A stretch of 64,000 nt of DNA from Azolla caroliniana (lineage: Eukaryota; Plantae; Polypodiophyta). The notes under the pieces were generated by a model. That model was not told the DNA's origin, searched no databases, and worked only from the letters and a program-made list of their open reading frames with translations. Positions within the stretch are counted from its first letter, which is position 1, and each line of letters opens with the position of its first letter. The position numbers were made by a program, and so were the translations under genes. The stretch spans positions 20,212,001 to 20,276,000 of the forward strand of contig JBHGNT010000002.1 of assembly GCA_043228905.1 (NCBI GenBank), in the 5' to 3' direction. This document shows, piece after piece, positions 1 to 12,312 of the stretch.

Positions 1-1
1 G

Positions 2-1030
2 GATATTCCTTACGGATTTCGAATGGCTGGGTCATCATACGACGATGAACCGTTTAGGTTTAAACAATTGGAGAAGATGGTCAAGGATTTCGCTGAGCTA
101 ACGACCGCATCCTTGTGGCGAATAGTTATCTTTCATAGTATGGACCAAGGGTACTCGGTAGCTCAAGCTTTGAGATCTCGTTGCCATGGCATCGAGAACC
201 TTGCATGGTAAGGATTATTTATAGGTGTCTTTCATTATATTGCAATTCTTAAGGTTGTTGAATCTATTCTTAACTCGATGAATTATTTTTTATAGGATCA
301 AGACCAATGTAAATAGAGGGCCAACTTTTCGGTTCGTTAATGCCATTGAATACATAACGGTTGGCTACTTCGATGAAATTAAGAAACAGAGAATCAAAGA
401 GCATTCTAATGAAGTGGGAGGTTCAAATCTGTTGGTATATCCAGCAGTGACTCGGAAATTGCGACATGTCACCACGACAGAACGGGGACTTGTCAACCCA
501 TACCAAAAACCTCAACGACTTATGATGCGCTTGATCGAGATGTTTTTTGTCGAAGGAGACTGGATATTAGATCTCTTTTCTGGCACAGGTATTCCTCGAA
601 CTAGGGTAACGATCTTGAGATAACCAATCACTTTTTTTTCGTTTGACAACTAAATCTTCTTGTTACTTACATCATAGGAACTACGTCAGCATGTGGATTG
701 AAGCTGTTTAGAAATACAGTTGCATTGGAGAAGGACGAGGACCAAGTTATATTTATTAATATGCGGATTAAGGCTTTGTGGGAGTGCCCAGACCAGGATG
801 AGGAGGTCGGTGCAAAGAACCTCGCCAATACAGAAAGGTTTCAACCTGCTTCGTGAGAGCCTATTCCTCCGTTAGCCGGCGAACCGGGGGAGCTAATAGA
901 GCTTGATGATGAGCTTATAGAAGATATTTCGTTGGCTCGGCTAACAGGGGAAACCAATGCACGTATAGCCGAAGACAGTTCTACACAAGATGATGAAGAA
1001 AATGACGTTGATGAATTGATTGCTATGTAA
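2..1030 (+). CDS. Beta-class DNA N6-adenine/N4-cytosine methyltransferase (N6_N4_Mtase-like), 5'-partial, 3 visible exons (2-207, 296-588, 678-1030); in-frame TGA at 854-856 after the catalytic domain
   Basis: Splicing GT-AG introns 208-295 and 589-677 gives DIPYGFRM...ENLAWIKTN...FVNAIEYI...NPYQKPQRLMMRLIEMFFVEGDWILDLFSGTGTTSACGLKLFRNTVALEKDEDQVIFINMRI. Motif IV (DPPY-like DIPY) precedes motif X (QKP) and motif I (FxGxG), the beta-class order. An acidic tail reads to TAA 1028-1030 beyond the TGA. Confidence 0.85.
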
Positions 1031-1450
1031 TAGACTCTATAAAGAATATGACACTGACGATTTGTTAAGATTTCACATTATTAATACAAATTTTGGGTTT
1101 TACCTAGTGGATTCTATTCTTTATAATCTTCTATATGTTTCAATTTTATTTTTATATACTTGATTAGTAGATTTATGACATTGGTTTCACCGTGTGCATA
1201 GCTGACTACCAAACTTATGGAGAAACATGAACTAGTTTAAATGGAGGCTGATTTTGGTCCAAGCTAACCTTAACAGAACATGGCCCTATAATTGTTGCCA
1301 TGACTGTCCATGTTGTTATTATGGATCTTTGTCTTCTATTGTTAAAACTATTATGTTTCTATTCCATTGGTGCTTAGATTGTGTAGTGTGTTGATAATGG
1401 TTCCAGTTGCGTTATCGTTCGGAGTTTGATCTTGTGTGAATCACCTAAGC

Positions 1451-1710
1451 AATAGAGTAGATCAATTTTAAATACAGGTATGAAAGCCTAATAGGTTTGC
1501 TATTTCCACGACATTATCCTAAAGTTCACTGCCTTACATTGTGCACAATTATATACACATATGGTTTGATCCCATATGAACAAACTGAGGAATAGATTAG
1601 ATCAACTTTAAATACAAGTATTGAATACTTTAATAAGTTAGTTATTCCAATAACTTATCCTAATGTGCACTATCCTACATTTTCCACAATTACATACATG
1701 CACGTATGGG
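1451..1710. repeat. Degenerate tandem duplication, unit about 140 bp
   Basis: aatagagtagatcaattttaaatacaggtatg...cacaattatatac (from 1451) recurs as aatagattagatcaactttaaatacaagtattg...cacaattacatac (from 1591). Confidence 0.7.
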
Positions 1711-2072
1711 TCAAAGTATAAATTATATCTCATTTTATTAGTATGGATACAAGTACACCTCATATTTTTGTAAAACCTACCTAATTAATATAAGTCTTTA
1801 AGTTAGTGTTTCCCTTGTCGCACAATAGTGCCATATTGAGCCATAGTTGAACTTTATTATGCCTACATTAACTTATCAACATGTCTAAACTTGCATGATT
1901 TCTAATGATCTCCACTCGTAGATCTATCATGTATTTTTATATTTGCAAATTCTCATCAAGTTGAGGAACATGTGATACTAGTGCATCCAATTATTGTAGA
2001 GAGGGTGTATTTGCTTCGTTTTAAGAAGATTCTACAAGTGGAATGTGCAATCCTTCCACTTGTGAACGCGAA

Positions 2073-4023
2073 CGTGTTAGTCGGTATTTCGTCTCCTTCA
2101 TCGACGACTACAGTCGGCACACATGGATCTACCTCATTGAGCGGAAGAGCGAAGTCTTCGAGTGTTTCCGGAACCTGCAAAGCCTGGTTGAATGGGAGAC
2201 GGAGAGGAAGATCAAGTGCCTGTAGTCGGATGGCGGAAAAGAATATATTTCTGGCCAATTCAACAGTTATGTACAACAAAAAGGAATTTGGAGAGAGTTC
2301 AGTTGTAGATACACACCGGAGCAAAACGGTGTGGCCGAAAGGAAGAACCAGTCGATTGTCGACGCGGCAAGGGCAATGTTGGAGGAGAAGAGCATGCCCC
2401 ATTTCTACTGGGCCAAGGCAGTCCGGACGACCGTCTATATCCAAAACCAGATCGATGACAAGGTATACGCGCATGAGCTGTATTTCGGACGCAAGCCGAA
2501 TTTGAGACACCTTTAGATATTCGATAGCATTGCATATGTGCATGTGCCGGATGAGAAGTGGAGGAAGTTGGATGCAAAGTCGGTGAAATGCATCCTTGTC
2601 GGTTACTCGCATGAGCAAAAGGGGTATAAGTGTTATAACCCCCGGACGAAGCAGGTCCGAGTTAGCCAAGATGTTGAGTTTGATGAGACGACATCATGGT
2701 ATACCTTACCGTCTCCGACTTCCGACCCCGACCCGATACCGGAGGATGAGGCTAGTGAGCCTGAACCAGTCCAGATAGAAGATAAAGACCTTGGCACTCT
2801 AGAAGAGAGTCCGATCTCATTTCGGTTGATTGGACCGAATGAGCGGCTAAGTCAGGATGACAAGTCGGATGAGGAACCGGCGAGTAATGGAGACTCTGTC
2901 GTGCTCTCCCCACGCAAGGAACCGAGGAGATGGTTCACGGGCAAAGAGAAGGGGAAGAAGAAGATGCCGGAATACGAAACTGGCAACGTCGAGTCGGATC
3001 GGAGCGAATCCGACTCCGGAAAGGATGAAGGTGGATCTTCAAGAACGAAGTTCGAACCGGCCAAGAAGGGCCCCAAACTGGGTAACGACAAGATATGCCG
3101 GTCTTCACGCCAAAAGAACCCTGTAAAGCGGTACGTGTACAATGAGTACATGGCGCATCACTATGCGTACATGACCAAGGTGGCAGAAGTGTGTGAGCCG
3201 GAGAGCTACGCAAAAGCGACAAAGGACGCCAATTGGCGTGCCGCTATGGAGGAAGAAATGTGGGCACTTGATGCCAACGACACATGGGACCTAGTTGACC
3301 CTCCCCGACAATGTAAACCGATCGGATGTAAGTGGGTGTACAAGGTAAAGTACAATGCCGACGGTTCGGTTAACCGGTACAAGGCCCGGTTAGTGGCGAA
3401 GGGATACGCGCAGACCCACAGAATCGACTACGACGAGACCTTCTCTCCAGTAGCGAAGATGACGACGGTTCGTGTGGTGTTGGCGGTTGCTGTGGCAAGG
3501 GAGCAACATCTTCACCAGATGGACGTGAAGAATGCATTTCTTCAAGGCGATCTTGAAGAAGAGGTCTTTATGACCCAACCTCCCGGTTTCCAAACGAAGA
3601 TGAACAAGTCGGCGGTATGCCGGCTAAAGAAGTCACTTTATGGCCTGAAGCAAGCCCCCCGAGCTTGGAATGCGAAGATCACGCACCGGTTGTGTAAGAT
3701 GGGGTTTGCAGCCTCCAAGTCTGGCTCTTTGTTGTTCATCCGGCAAGGTCAGGACGGTCCGGTTTGCATCTTATTGTATGTTGATGATCTAGTCATCACC
3801 GGACCCGGACCTGATGAAATCAGCCGAGTCAAGTCCCAGTTGTCGGACGCATTTGAGATGAAGGACCTAGGGGACCTTCACTATTTCCTTGGGATAGAGG
3901 TGATCCGAACCCCCGATGGCATATTGCTCTCACAGAGACACTATGCGTTGAATATGCTGTACAAGTTCGGCATGACGGAATGCCGACCTATCTCTACACC
4001 CCTGGACCGGAACCAGAAGCTCC
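2073..4023 (+). pseudogene. pol: Copia-1 pol, part 1 (integrase core and reverse transcriptase)
   Basis: YFVSFIDDYSRHTW, QNGVAERKN, KWVYKVK..YKARLVAKG, QMDVKNAFL, LYGLKQAPRAW, YVDDL; contains stops and a frameshift. Confidence 0.92.
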
Positions 4024-4513
4024 TGTTGTCCATAGGCTAGAAATATAAATTAGTTAAATGTAATATGCCGGTAGGTAAGGCGAGTAGGTAAGGAAGGTAG
4101 AGTTAGGAAAACGCCGAGTTTCGAGCCTCACAGTCAGCTGACCGCGCGGCTCTGTATGAAGAAAAAGTATATAAACCGAGGTCTGCGTACCTTGGCAAGA
4201 GAGAGATATCTAGAGCTTAGGCGAGGTTGTTTCATAGTTATAAGAGCTTTGTAAGGTCACCGACTGCAGGCCGTGTTTTTGTAATCATTGATAACTTTTT
4301 ATAGTAATACATATCTATTAGCTCTTGTTGTTTTCATCTGTGTGTCGTTGTTTCTAAGGTCTCAACTACGTATACGACCTGGGCTCTATTCTGGGTATGC
4401 TCTCCATTTTCTTCCCCTAACGACGCCTCCGTGCACAAGTCTTCACGTTACACTTCCCTTGATACCGATAGCTTGTAGGCATATCGAAGGTGTTTCCAAC
4501 AGAACGGTTAACA
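4024..4513 (+). repeat. Gypsy-1 5' LTR
   Basis: TG...CA termini (tgttgtcc...ggttaaca); near-identical to the split 3' LTR, about 5% divergence by eye. Confidence 0.95.
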
Positions 4514-4518
4514 TAATT

Positions 4519-4530
4519 TGGCACGCCCGG
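4519..4530 (+). other. Primer-binding site tggcacgcccgg (tRNA-Arg-like), 5 nt after the LTR
   Basis: TGG start complementary to tRNA CCA; the same motif follows the LTRs at 51052 and 53440. The tRNA assignment is recalled from plant tRNA-Arg 3' ends, not verified. Confidence 0.8.
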
Positions 4531-4836
4531 TTACAACTATGAGATCACAACGAACTACATTGAAGGCAACCTTCAGCCGCCATTACGGCTCCCAATCGCA
4601 CCAAGCGGTCTCGGCCATCTGGCCGACGCCCTGAGCCAGTCGAAGGAACTTCTGACTCGGCGGTCACGGACTAGTCTTTCCAAGAAATATCGGAGGTTCA
4701 CCGGTTGCAATCCTCGCCACCTGCTACTCGGTCGCGAGTCGATTCCACACCAACCTCTCCACCAAGCCCTCTAGAGGTCACCCACCTTCACCCTAACCCT
4801 TTTACGGTTTTACTAGAAGATCCCGAATTCGATACC

Positions 4837-7800
4837 ATGCCGTATTCTTACCCACGATACACCGACAGCCTCGACGCCGAGTCGCACATCCGTGCCTTTG
4901 TGTTCACTTGGCAGGCCAACCACTCAACACAGTGACTCTCGCTTGCCAAAATCGAGGCCTCAAAAATTGGCGAGTTTACGCTATCCCTCGATGGACCAGC
5001 TGCACGATGGTATTGTTGCCTCGACGTAGGGGAGTTTGTCACCTTCCACGACGTTCGCACGCTGTTCCTAGAACTGTTCCATCGCGAGGTGCCCAAACAA
5101 GAATTGCTCCGAAAGTTCTTTTCTATGCGACAAGAACCACACGAGACGGTTGCACAGTTCACGATCCGGTTTCGGGATCTCTACAGACAAGTGGCTGACG
5201 ATGTCTTTGCATAGCACATTCCGGACGCATTCCTGTCCAGCTTACGGGAGCCTCTACGGACGACTCTCGCACTTACTAATTTTGCCAACCAAACGATCGA
5301 GCAAGTCATAGCGCACGTCCTCGCCCTCGATCGGACTCAGCAAAGCACGACTTTCTCTATGAGTTCAATGCAAAACGCCCTTCCCCAGGAGGACAATCTC
5401 TTCCGCCAAGCCCTCCAATGCATAGTTTGTTTGGGATCGGGCCATCTGGCCCTCGAATGTCCTCACCGGGCACAGTGTCCGATCTGCCAGTCCCGATCTC
5501 ACACTGTCGAGCAATGTGAATACAATATGCTCAATCGCACAACGACGGCCCCGGTTCGCCAGATCGAGCCCAAGGATACATACTCTCGTCAGGAGAGCGA
5601 CAATCTTACCGGAACCAGGATAACCAATGACCCTGATCGCCGGATAGACGGCGCTGTGATGACGATTACCGTCGGGACGACGACCGTTACCGAAACGACA
5701 ACCGACGGAGATCGGACAACTATCGTGATTGCTATCACGATGACCAGTATCGGGGGCAAACGACGATTATGATCAGAATGAAGATGATCGGGATGACCGA
5801 TACGATCAAAGAAATTCCCCTAATGATCGGCGCAACTCTCACCAAGGATCACGCAACAAGAGAAGGAATAACGACAACCGTCATTGGGACCCCCGCAAAA
5901 TGAACCGCTCAGTTGGAACGCGCCTTGGACCAACCCACCAACACACGAGGCTGGGAATCAACCGTACCCCCCCTAGACACACAGATCGGGCTGGCACCAG
6001 CAACTCGGCCGCCATTACCTGCTTCAAGTGCAACCAACCCGGTCACTACGCTACGCAATCCCAACAACAGACTGCGGAAAGGGTCCTGCCGTGAATAGTA
6101 TTATGGCCGACGTGCAAAGCGTTACAACACGCAGTAAAGCCCAGGCCACCCCATGGAAGTACAGGATGAAGTCCGGCAAGCAGCCAAAGAATGGATGGAT
6201 ACAGCCAACAAAAACAATGTGGTGCGGATGCAAACAGAAATGGGAGACGCGACCATCAGAGCAACACAGTCCTCGACACCATCCACGTCGACAGAAGATG
6301 ACCAGCTATGGGACGCCCTTACCAATTCCAGGATCTCCCTGCCTCTGCATAAACTCTTACCACTCATGCCGCGTTTTCGGGACACCTTGGCTACACTCAC
6401 GGCCAACACCCATTCCACCGCGCCACCTGTGCACCTGACCGAGCCAGGAACGGGTCCACCCCTTATGGATGCGCAAAATCCAGCCATAAAAATTATGATT
6501 AAAGGAAGGGACCTGCACAGGTGCATAATCGACGACGGCTCTAGCGTGAATGTCATCAGCGAGGCTACCTGTCATAAACTCGGCCTGAATAAATGGGAAC
6601 CTTGCCCCTTTTGGCTTCGGATGGCCGATACACAATCGGTTCGCCCCATCGGATTAATCCGCCACCTTGACTTTACTCTAGGAGGCCACATGCTCACTAT
6701 CTCGGCCGTTGTATTACGACTCGAAGCACAGGGGGCTTACCCAATGTTACTGGGCAGACCATGGTTGCGCACAACAAATATCAAACAACATTGGCAGCGC
6801 AACATGATCTCGTTTCGCCGAGGAAAGACCAAGGTCCGGATCATAACCAAAGAACGCGTAACCACGCCCCACAACACCTCGCCATTATACGCGGAAGGGG
6901 TGCACATGCTCGATGGGTTAGCCGATGATGAGGTGGATGACTTCCTAGAAGACCATCCCACTATCATACCTCTCTTCGAAATAGACGCCATGTCGGCCGT
7001 CGGCACACCTCTTTGTTGGGAGACAGGTCCCTCCGGATGGGAAGGGAGAAGAACAGTGCTGATGAACAAGCTAAACCGGATGAGGAGTACCCGGCTACGG
7101 AGAATCGGATGGTGCAGACCCGGTATGAACCGGATGAGGAGACATATTGGTAAATATGTTTCTGAGAGTCCATCGAGGCTATATTTGTAAATAGCCGAAA
7201 AGTCATATTAGTATAAATATGACTTAGGGCAAACTTTTAGTAACCATTGTTATTATTATTTCTTGTCTGCGTGAGATCAAAGCGCGGAACAGTGTACAAA
7301 GAGAGAGAGAGAGAAAGAGGTTGTTGCCTCTGTTGTAACCGCCGCCTGTGGCGAAGATCGTGAGCACGAGGTTGTTGCCTCCGTGAACTCACTGCTGTAC
7401 ATACTAACCTAGTGATAGTTTGCAGCCTGTGGGTTGCCGTGGTTTTTCCCTAGTTTGGGGTTTTCCACGCTAAACATCCTGCGTACTCTTCTCTTCCATT
7501 GTGTCGTTCTTTATTTCCCGTTTTCTGTGTATGATCCTAAGCTCGGTTGTGGCCGAGTGTTGCGTATAGGGAGCGTTTCAGTTCCCGACACTCTAGACGA
7601 GGAGGTCACGGTGAATACACCTCCCCAGGATGAGCCCGATCCCACCACCATCGCAGAATTACGACACGCTCGGGATGCTTTTGAACGTGAACTTGCCATC
7701 TCCCAAGAGTGAAGGCATCAACGCTTGAAACATTGAACCTCGATTTAGACGAGAACCCTCGCACCCTATAGATTGCTAATAACTTACCAGCTGGCGAACG

Positions 7801-10587
7801 AGCAACCCTCATACACTTACTCACCGATTACCAAGATGTATTCGCATGGTCTTACACGGATATGAAGGGTTTGGACCCTCAATACTACCAACACCAGATC
7901 CATCTTCTCCTTGACGCTCGGCCGGTTCAGCAAAGACGATACCGGATGAACCCCAATTATGCGGCTAAGGTCAAGGAAGAAATAGAAAAGCTCCTCTAAG
8001 TCGGGTTCATACGACCGGTAAAACGTGCCACATGGTTAAGCCCAATCGTAGTCATCCCCAAAAAAATGGGAAAATCCGAGTCTGCGTCGACTACCGCAAG
8101 CTTAATGCTGCAACGGTCATGAATGGATTCCCTCTCCCGTTCACGGATAGAGTTCTCGACACGGTGGCAGGTCACGAATGCTACAGCTTTCTAGACAGGT
8201 TCAGTGGTTACAACCAAATCAGAATGCACCCGGATGATAAGGAGAAAACAACATTTGTCACAGAATGGGTTGTTTTCGTGGCAGAAGTAATGATGTTCTG
8301 TTTAAAAACGACGCCAGCCACGTTCTAGCGCATCATCACCAAAAATTTAACGAGTATATCCTGGCGTTCATGCAAGTCTTTCTTGATGACTTCGCCGTAT
8401 ATGGTCAGCGACTAGAACACATGACCCAGTTACGTCTCTGTCTTGATCGATGTCGCCAGGCTCGGTTAAGTTTAAACCCGGCAAAATGCGCGTTCTTGGT
8501 CACAAGCAACAACCTACTCGGTCACATCGTTAGTCAAGAAGGTATCGCCATGGACTCGGATAAAGTACAAGCCATCCTAAACACCCCCGCACCCTCGAAC
8601 GCAAAAGGCCTAAGCCGATTTCTGGGACAAATCAGATGGCACAGCCGGATGATACGCCACCTGGCCGATTTCGCGACAACACTACATGTGGCGATGCATT
8701 GACTCCCCTTTCAATGGACTTCAATTGAGGACGAAGCTTACCAAGGTTTGAAATTAATGCTCTCACATGCCCCGGTTGTACAGCCCCCGATATGGTCGGA
8801 ACCTTTTCACGTCTTCGTGGATGCATCAAATATCGCCATCGGGAGCGCACTTATGCAATGCACGCCCCCAAATTGGTATCGCCAGTGTATTATGCTAGCC
8901 AACGTCTCTCGGCCGCAGAAAAGAATTATTCAACCACCGAACAAGAGGCCATCGGTATGATCTACAACATCAGTAAATTTCAGCATTACCTCTTAGGCCG
9001 AAAATTCACATTTCACGTCGATCACTCGGCCCTCCTTTACCTGGTCAATATACAAGCCCTAACAAGTCGACTGGCTCGATGGATGCTCCTGTTACAAGAG
9101 TTTGATTTTCATATACAACATCAACCCGGAGTCCAACACGCCGTCGCTGACTACCTAAGCTGTCTCGATTCAGGAGACCCTGCCAAGTCCACGTATGACG
9201 ATTTACCCGATGCCGGCCTATTTCATCTCACAACGCTGCCAGACGACAAAGAAGATGAATGGATCACGGAGATGACCCATTTCCTTAGTATTGGCTTGCC
9301 TCCCGACCACATGGCCCTCGATGTGCGGAAACAACTCGTAGTACGTAGCCGAAACTTTTGTCTCGTTCCCGACATCCTCTACCACAAAGGCTCAGACGGA
9401 ATATGGCACCGAGCAATTCGACAATTCGAGAAGAAGGCCATCCTCCAAGAGGCCCAGCTAGGAATCACCGGCGGACACTACGCCGGAGAGTCCACGGCAA
9501 GGAAAGTATGGCAGAGTGGTTATGGTGGCCTACAACAAAAAAGGATGCCCATGAGTTCTGCCGATAGTGCGACTTGTGCCAACGGTTGGGATAGTCGATG
9601 GAACAAGCTCGAATGCCACACCAACCCATTCTTCCATTGGAACCATTTCAAAAATGGGGGTTAGATTTTGTGGGACCCTTCAAACCAGCCGCGGCCCGAA
9701 CCGGTAATAAGTATATCATCGTGGCCACAGACTATTGCACAAAATGGGTCGTGGCAAAGGCTTTACGAGACAACACGACAACATCCACGGCCAAATTCGT
9801 GTACGAACATCTCTGGTGCCGTTATGGATGCCCAATTGAGCTCGTTAGTGACCAAGGTGGGCACTTTATAAACCATATAATACGTGAGCTTACGACACAC
9901 TACGCGGTTGTACATAAGAAAAGTACACCATACTACCCGCAGGCAAATGGATTGGCAGAATCAACCAACAAAATTCTCCAAACAATCCTGAAGAAGATCG
10001 TCAACGAGAACCGCACCGATTGGGATGATAAGCTCCAAAGTGCACTATGGGCTTATCGCACTACATTCAAAACGAGCATTCATTCCACCCCCTTTCGGAT
10101 GGCTTTTGGTCTCGAAGCCGTAATGCCCATCGAGTTCCAAGTTCCGAGTCTCCGAGTTCAAGTTAAAGCACAGCTCCCTGAGGCCCAATCCGAACAATTG
10201 AGGCTGGAACAACTCCTCGAACTTGGCAAGTACCGAGTAGTGAGCATGGCCCAACTTGAACAACGTCAGCGACAACGTAAAGCCTTTGTGGACCGACATC
10301 GGAAAGGATTGGAACAAGAACTGACCATAGGCAAACCGGTCCTCGTTTTTCAAACACGACTCGGTGCTATGCCAGGAAAGTTACAATTTCGATGGACTGG
10401 CCCCTTCTGGATTATTGACAAGTTTAAGGGCACATTCCAGCTCGGCACCCTGGCCGGGGAAATTGTCAAAAGCTGGGTGAATGGATTCCGACTGCGACTA
10501 TACCAGGGAAATACCCCAGCCAACCCTTTCACCGAGTCTCACGGCACAAACAATGCCACGAAGGAGGCTACGCGTCCCCCTTGGTAA
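4837..10587 (+). pseudogene. Gypsy-1 gag-pol, degraded and interrupted by the solo LTR 7014-7590
   Basis: Gag with CCHC-like knuckles (CIVCLGSGHLALEC, CPICQSRSHTVEQC, CFKCNQPGH); protease IIDDGSSVNV; RT VCVDYRKLN, FLDDF; RNase H VFVDAS..FHVDHSAL; integrase WGLDFVGP, YYPQANGLAE, WTGPF. Confidence 0.92.
7014..7590 (+). mobile_element. Solo LTR (family A, copy 1) inserted between protease and RT of Gypsy-1
   Basis: Termini tgttggga...tcccgaca; TSD ctctt/ctcta (one mismatch); homologous to 11594-12312. Confidence 0.88.
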
Positions 10588-11593
10588 GAACCCACCAACT
10601 TTCCAAAGTATACATTAGGTAGGATTAAGCATAGTTTTAGCAATTAGTTCCACCTAAACCACCTACCACATCACCCAAATCATGTCATGTTTAGAGGCAC
10701 GCACTAGCCACTTTCACATTCACTTAAGTATTTAAAGGCACATGCACAACATCCAAGGCACAACACTAACTCCCTAGGACACGTGGCCATAATATCCTAT
10801 TATGGCATCCACGACCAAGAATCTCCAGGCTCCTCGTCATGCACAAAACCCTAGACGTTCGCTAAAAAACAATTACCCCAAGCACACCCCACACACAGAT
10901 GTTTTCTTGCACACCCAACCTTCATCCCTCCCACGCTCTCAAGCCTCCTCTCGCTCTCAGTGCTTTCATCGCTCCCACCGCTCTTGCTCACAAGCCCTCT
11001 CTGGTCCTCGTAGCCCCTCTCCTGCACCACAACCATCTCCTTCCCTCACTCTGTCTCGGCCTAGTCTCATCCTCCTTCCCCCATCTTCCACACAGTAGAA
11101 CCCCAAGTCCATTATGCCTCTTGCCGCTTCATAGGAAACCCGCTCTTGGCTTCAAGAACGAGGAGTGGGTGGTTATTTAAAGGTGATCGATGCCCCTGCA
11201 CACCCTGATGCCCAAGCGGTCGCACGCCGAATCCACCTGGACACAATCACCAACAATATGATTCGTGCTGCCTTGGACCTAAAGCGAGGAGGTGATCATG
11301 AAGTCGAGATTCCCCCTTCCACGACCCTGAAGGAATACTTTGGTGCGTATTCCATATCTGGTAAGGCCTATCGCACCTACGGTGGATCCAACAAGGCATT
11401 CGGAGAAATCGCTCACATCCTGATGGAGTACGCGTTCGTGCATACCAACCCTATAAGTATGCCACAGAACAAAGCGGCGATCATTATCAGTGCATACGAG
11501 GGAAACAAAATCGATTGGGGAATCATCACAGGCGAAGGAGTCTGTGCGGCGCTCGAATCCTTCCAAACCAGTAAGCGTTTGTTGCCTATGATC

Positions 11594-12312
11594 TGTTGGG
11601 AGATAGGTCCCTCCGGATGGGAAGGGAGAAGAATAGTGCCGATGAAGGACTCGGCTACAGAGAGCCGGATGGTGCAGGCCCGGTATGAACCGGATGAGGA
11701 GTACTCGGCTACGGAGAGCCGGATGGTGCAGGCCCGGTATGAACCGGATGAGGAGTACCCGGCTACGGAGAGCCGGATGATACAGACCCGGTGAAGACCG
11801 GATGAGGAATACCCGGCTACGGAGAGCCGGATGGTACAAACCTGGTGAGAACCGGATGAAGAGACATATTCGTAAATATGTTTCTGAGAGCCCATCGAGG
11901 CTACATTTGTAAATAGCCGAAAAGTCATATTAGTATAAATATGACTTACGGCAAACTTTTAGTAACTGTTGTTTTTTTTCCTTGTTGGTGCAAGAAGAAG
12001 AGAGAGCATGTAATAGTGTACAAAGAGAGAGAGAGAGAGAAAGAGTTCGTTGCCTCTGTTGTGACCGCCGCCTGTGGCGAAGATCTGTGAGCACGAGGTT
12101 GTTGCCTCAGTGAACTCACTGTTGTACATTCTCACATAGTGACAGTTTGCAGCCTGTGGGCTGCCATGGTTTTTCCCTCTTTGGGTTTTCCACGTAAACC
12201 TCCTGTGTATCTTCCTCTCCTTTGTGTCGTGTTTTATTTCCCGTTTTCTGTGTATCATTCTACGCTCGGTTGTGGCCGAGCATCGCGCATAAGGAACATT
12301 GGGTTCCCGTCA
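11594..12312 (+). mobile_element. Solo LTR (family A, copy 2)
   Basis: tgttggga...ttcccgtca with perfect TSD tgatc (11589-11593, 12313-12317). Confidence 0.92.
11641..11860 (+). repeat. 54-bp tandem repeat, about 4 copies, inside solo LTR A2
   Basis: Unit gatgaggagtactcggctacggagagccggatggtgcaggcccggtatgaaccg; only about one unit in copy A1. Confidence 0.9.

Noticed and set aside
1-1030. Bacterial contamination as the source of the methyltransferase
   Set aside because: The gene has spliceosomal-type introns and is contiguous with plant retrotransposons.
1956-2669. 237-aa minus-strand ORF and similar antisense ORFs across the TEs
   Set aside because: Shadow frames of integrase/RT coding sequence with no independent motifs.
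11594-11928. Repeat-protein ORFs (SATESRMVQARYEPDEEY and antisense frames)
   Set aside because: They are translations of the 54-bp repeat inside a solo LTR.
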